IMG/VR virus record: IMGVR_UViG_3300034683_000333
Direction: 5' to 3' (one strand)
From: a virus
DNA: 64,000 nucleotides
Shown here: piece by piece, positions 62,077 to 64,000 of the stretch
Numbering within the stretch: position 1 is the stretch's first letter
Layout: the number at the start of each line of letters is the position of its first letter
Position numbers and translations under genes: made by a program
The notes under the pieces: generated by a model
What the model saw: the letters and a program-made list of their open reading frames with translations, nothing else
Told to the model about the DNA's origin: nothing
The model's database searches: none

Positions 62077-63594
62077 ATGAAGGTTGTTAAGTTCAAAAAG
62101 TCGTTTTAGGTTTCGGATGCAAAGGGAAAGAATCTCAAAATTGCAAATAATGGGTACTATGTGTTTTCAGATTTTGTGTTGAAACAGTTTATTGATAGTG
62201 TAAAAGTTAATCCAACCGAACTGTTAGAATATGTTAACGAGTTGGATCGGGAATATCCATTGATGAGGTTTGATAAACCCGATTCACAAATTAAACCCAA
62301 TCGAGCGCTGATGATTGTTCGAACGGGTGGAATTGGTGATCTTATTGCTTTGAGTCACATTCCGACGTTGTGTAAAACAATTTACAATAATGTTTATGGT
62401 CAAAACTTGAAAACATTTTTTGTTACCGATGCCCGCTACAGTGCGGTTTTTACCTACTACGATGAGTATGTAAAGCCCATTTATTATTTCAGGACACCTG
62501 TGAACAAGGCTTTCAAGGAGATGGGAATCTTTGAGAAAAGCAGTGTTCGGTCGATGTTTTTTGAGGGGGTTATTGAGGAGAGTGAAGAAAATTGGTTCGA
62601 TTTGCAGTGGGAGCGCATGGGAATCGATAAATTTCAACATCTTGATAAACTCCCCGACGAAATAAAAATTAAGCGACCGAATTTGGTGGATAGAAGGGAA
62701 GCCATATCCCGATCGCTAGATCAGTTGCGATTTGAAAAATCCGATGTTCCGAGGCAACTATTGGGACTTAAAGAGGATGGATATCGTTTGGTTCTTATCA
62801 ATCACCGTGCAAGTGCATGGATCAGAACATTCAATCCATCGGATGTCGTTGAAACACTACGTGATTATTTGAAGGAGAATGGTGTTGAAAAGGTCAAGTT
62901 CATCGTGTTTCCTAGAAACTTTACAAAGAGCGATGAAGAGTATTTTAAAAATCCACTGGATGACGTTGTGTGTTTAAAGACTGAAAATCTTCATGAGTTT
63001 TTCTTTACAATTGCTATTTCTGATTATGTTATTTCATCCGATACGGCTGCGCATCACTTCAGAGAAGGCATTCGAGCACCAGGTATGGGAATCTATTCTT
63101 CATTTCCAATGGAAATGCGTTGTAAATATTACAAGTATACAGTTGCGGAGAATATTTTATTTGATGGTTGTGAATTTGTTTGTGATCGGTCAAATTATGT
63201 CGGGTGTGTAAGCCATTTCAAAAATCCTTACGAGGTATGTCCATGGATTGCAAAACGTTATTCTGAATATCTCAAGAGCGAACATCATCACAAGCGTGGA
63301 AATCGCATTCCAAATAAAACATGGTTGAGTGAATTGGAAGATTTTGTGAAAAATGTTGGCTATGACACACTTCAGGAGGAACACATTTTCCAATATGCCC
63401 CATGTTGCGATTCTCGTTGGAATGAACGGTTCAGGGATCGTTTGATAGAGCTTTATGAAAAACACGATCTCGCCGGAATTTTGAAAGACGTGGGAGGAGC
63501 AGAATTCACCGTCGTGGGTTCACAAACAAAACCACTAAGTAAAACCAAAAAGAAGACTAGTGGAAAACGGGGTCGTCCACGTAAAAAGAAATAA
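62077..63594 (+). CDS. glycosyltransferase family 9 (ADP-heptose heptosyltransferase-like); TAG at 62107-62109 (codon 11)
   Basis: IVRTGGIGDLI, LINHRAS..R, VISSDTAAHH..APGMGIYS; SD AAGGGGG plus ATG 62077. Confidence 0.8.
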
Positions 63595-63637
63595 ACAACC
63601 ATCGATGTATGGGGGGGTCTGGAAGCCCCCCAATCCT

Positions 63638-63826
63638 TTATTTTTTCATGATAATTCTGTTTTTATCGGTGGGCTTATCGTTTTCCACGATTTTAATTGT
63701 TTTATCGGCTATTGTTTTACACAATTTACAAATCCATACTGATTTACCATCAATGGTTATGGTTTCAAAGTATTTGAAGTTGTTGCACTTTTTACAGTGA
63801 AAGATTAAAGTCGGAAATTTCATCAT
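63638..63826 (-). CDS. small Zn-ribbon protein
   Basis: HCKKC..ICKLC; ATGA overlap with iscB. Confidence 0.55.
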   Translation of the reverse strand: MMKFPTLIFHCKKCNNFKYFETITIDGKSVWICKLCKTIADKTIKIVENDKPTDKNRIIMKK

Positions 63827-64000
63827 AAGCCAGTGCAGGAGACTCCATCTTCTTTAAGATGGAGAGGAATGCGCTGTTCCCTCCTTTCTAATATTAGTGT
63901 TTTTGCTTTTTCTAAAAGTTTTAGGTTTGACCACTTAACTGATGAGTGAATTTTTTCTCCACTTAATGAACGCATATCAAAGTATCCAGAGATTCTTAAC
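63823..64000 (-). mobile_element. iscB: 3' end of an IscB-like (IS200/IS605 OMEGA) endonuclease gene, truncated by the window edge
   Basis: ..SGYFDMRSLSGEKIHSSVKWSNLKLLEKAKTLILERR.. matches the IscB C-terminus as recalled; hairpin CTCCATCT/AGATGGAG at about 63843-63864 resembles an IS200/605 right end. Confidence 0.7.

Noticed and set aside
63843-63864. Hairpin as an intrinsic terminator
   Set aside because: It lies inside the IscB coding frame and lacks a T-tract; more like an IS200/605 end hairpin.
1-64000. Pyrrolysine as the TAG amino acid
   Set aside because: No pyl genes in the window and the contexts look aromatic; it is not fully excluded because the host may be a Desulfobacterota.

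Overview
64 kb of an AT-rich, gene-dense large (jumbo-type) tailed dsDNA bacteriophage genome. The host is probably an anaerobic Gram-negative bacterium; a Desulfovibrio-type MucR, a 4Fe-4S-type TrpRS, a class II RNR and heptose enzymes suggest Desulfobacterota (inference). The window carries replication/recombination genes (split PolB, AEP primase, DnaB, SNF2, RecA/UvsX, RuvC-like, SbcC), nucleotide metabolism (nrdJ, thyX, dut, dCMP deaminase, dNMP kinase), translation genes (trpS, CCA-adding enzyme, peptide deformylase, tRNA-Ile UAU), virion genes (portal, neck/tail candidates), ADP-heptose enzymes with a GT9 glycosyltransferase, four Trp-rich repeat paralogues, and the 3' end of an IscB. 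Main result: the supplied standard-code ORF track is systematically fragmented because TAG is used as a sense codon. By manual translation I found about 34 in-frame TAGs in about 19 genes. They include 10 in one 4.6 kb ORF and TAGs that split catalytic motifs (RuvC, a Zn deaminase, a PLA2-like protein). TAA and TGA remain stops. Sequence contexts point to an aromatic residue, most likely Trp (Tyr possible), rather than the Gln of known amber-recoded phages. A divergent phage TrpRS under its own sigma70-type promoter is the obvious candidate for the machinery. No CUA suppressor tRNA is visible in this window.
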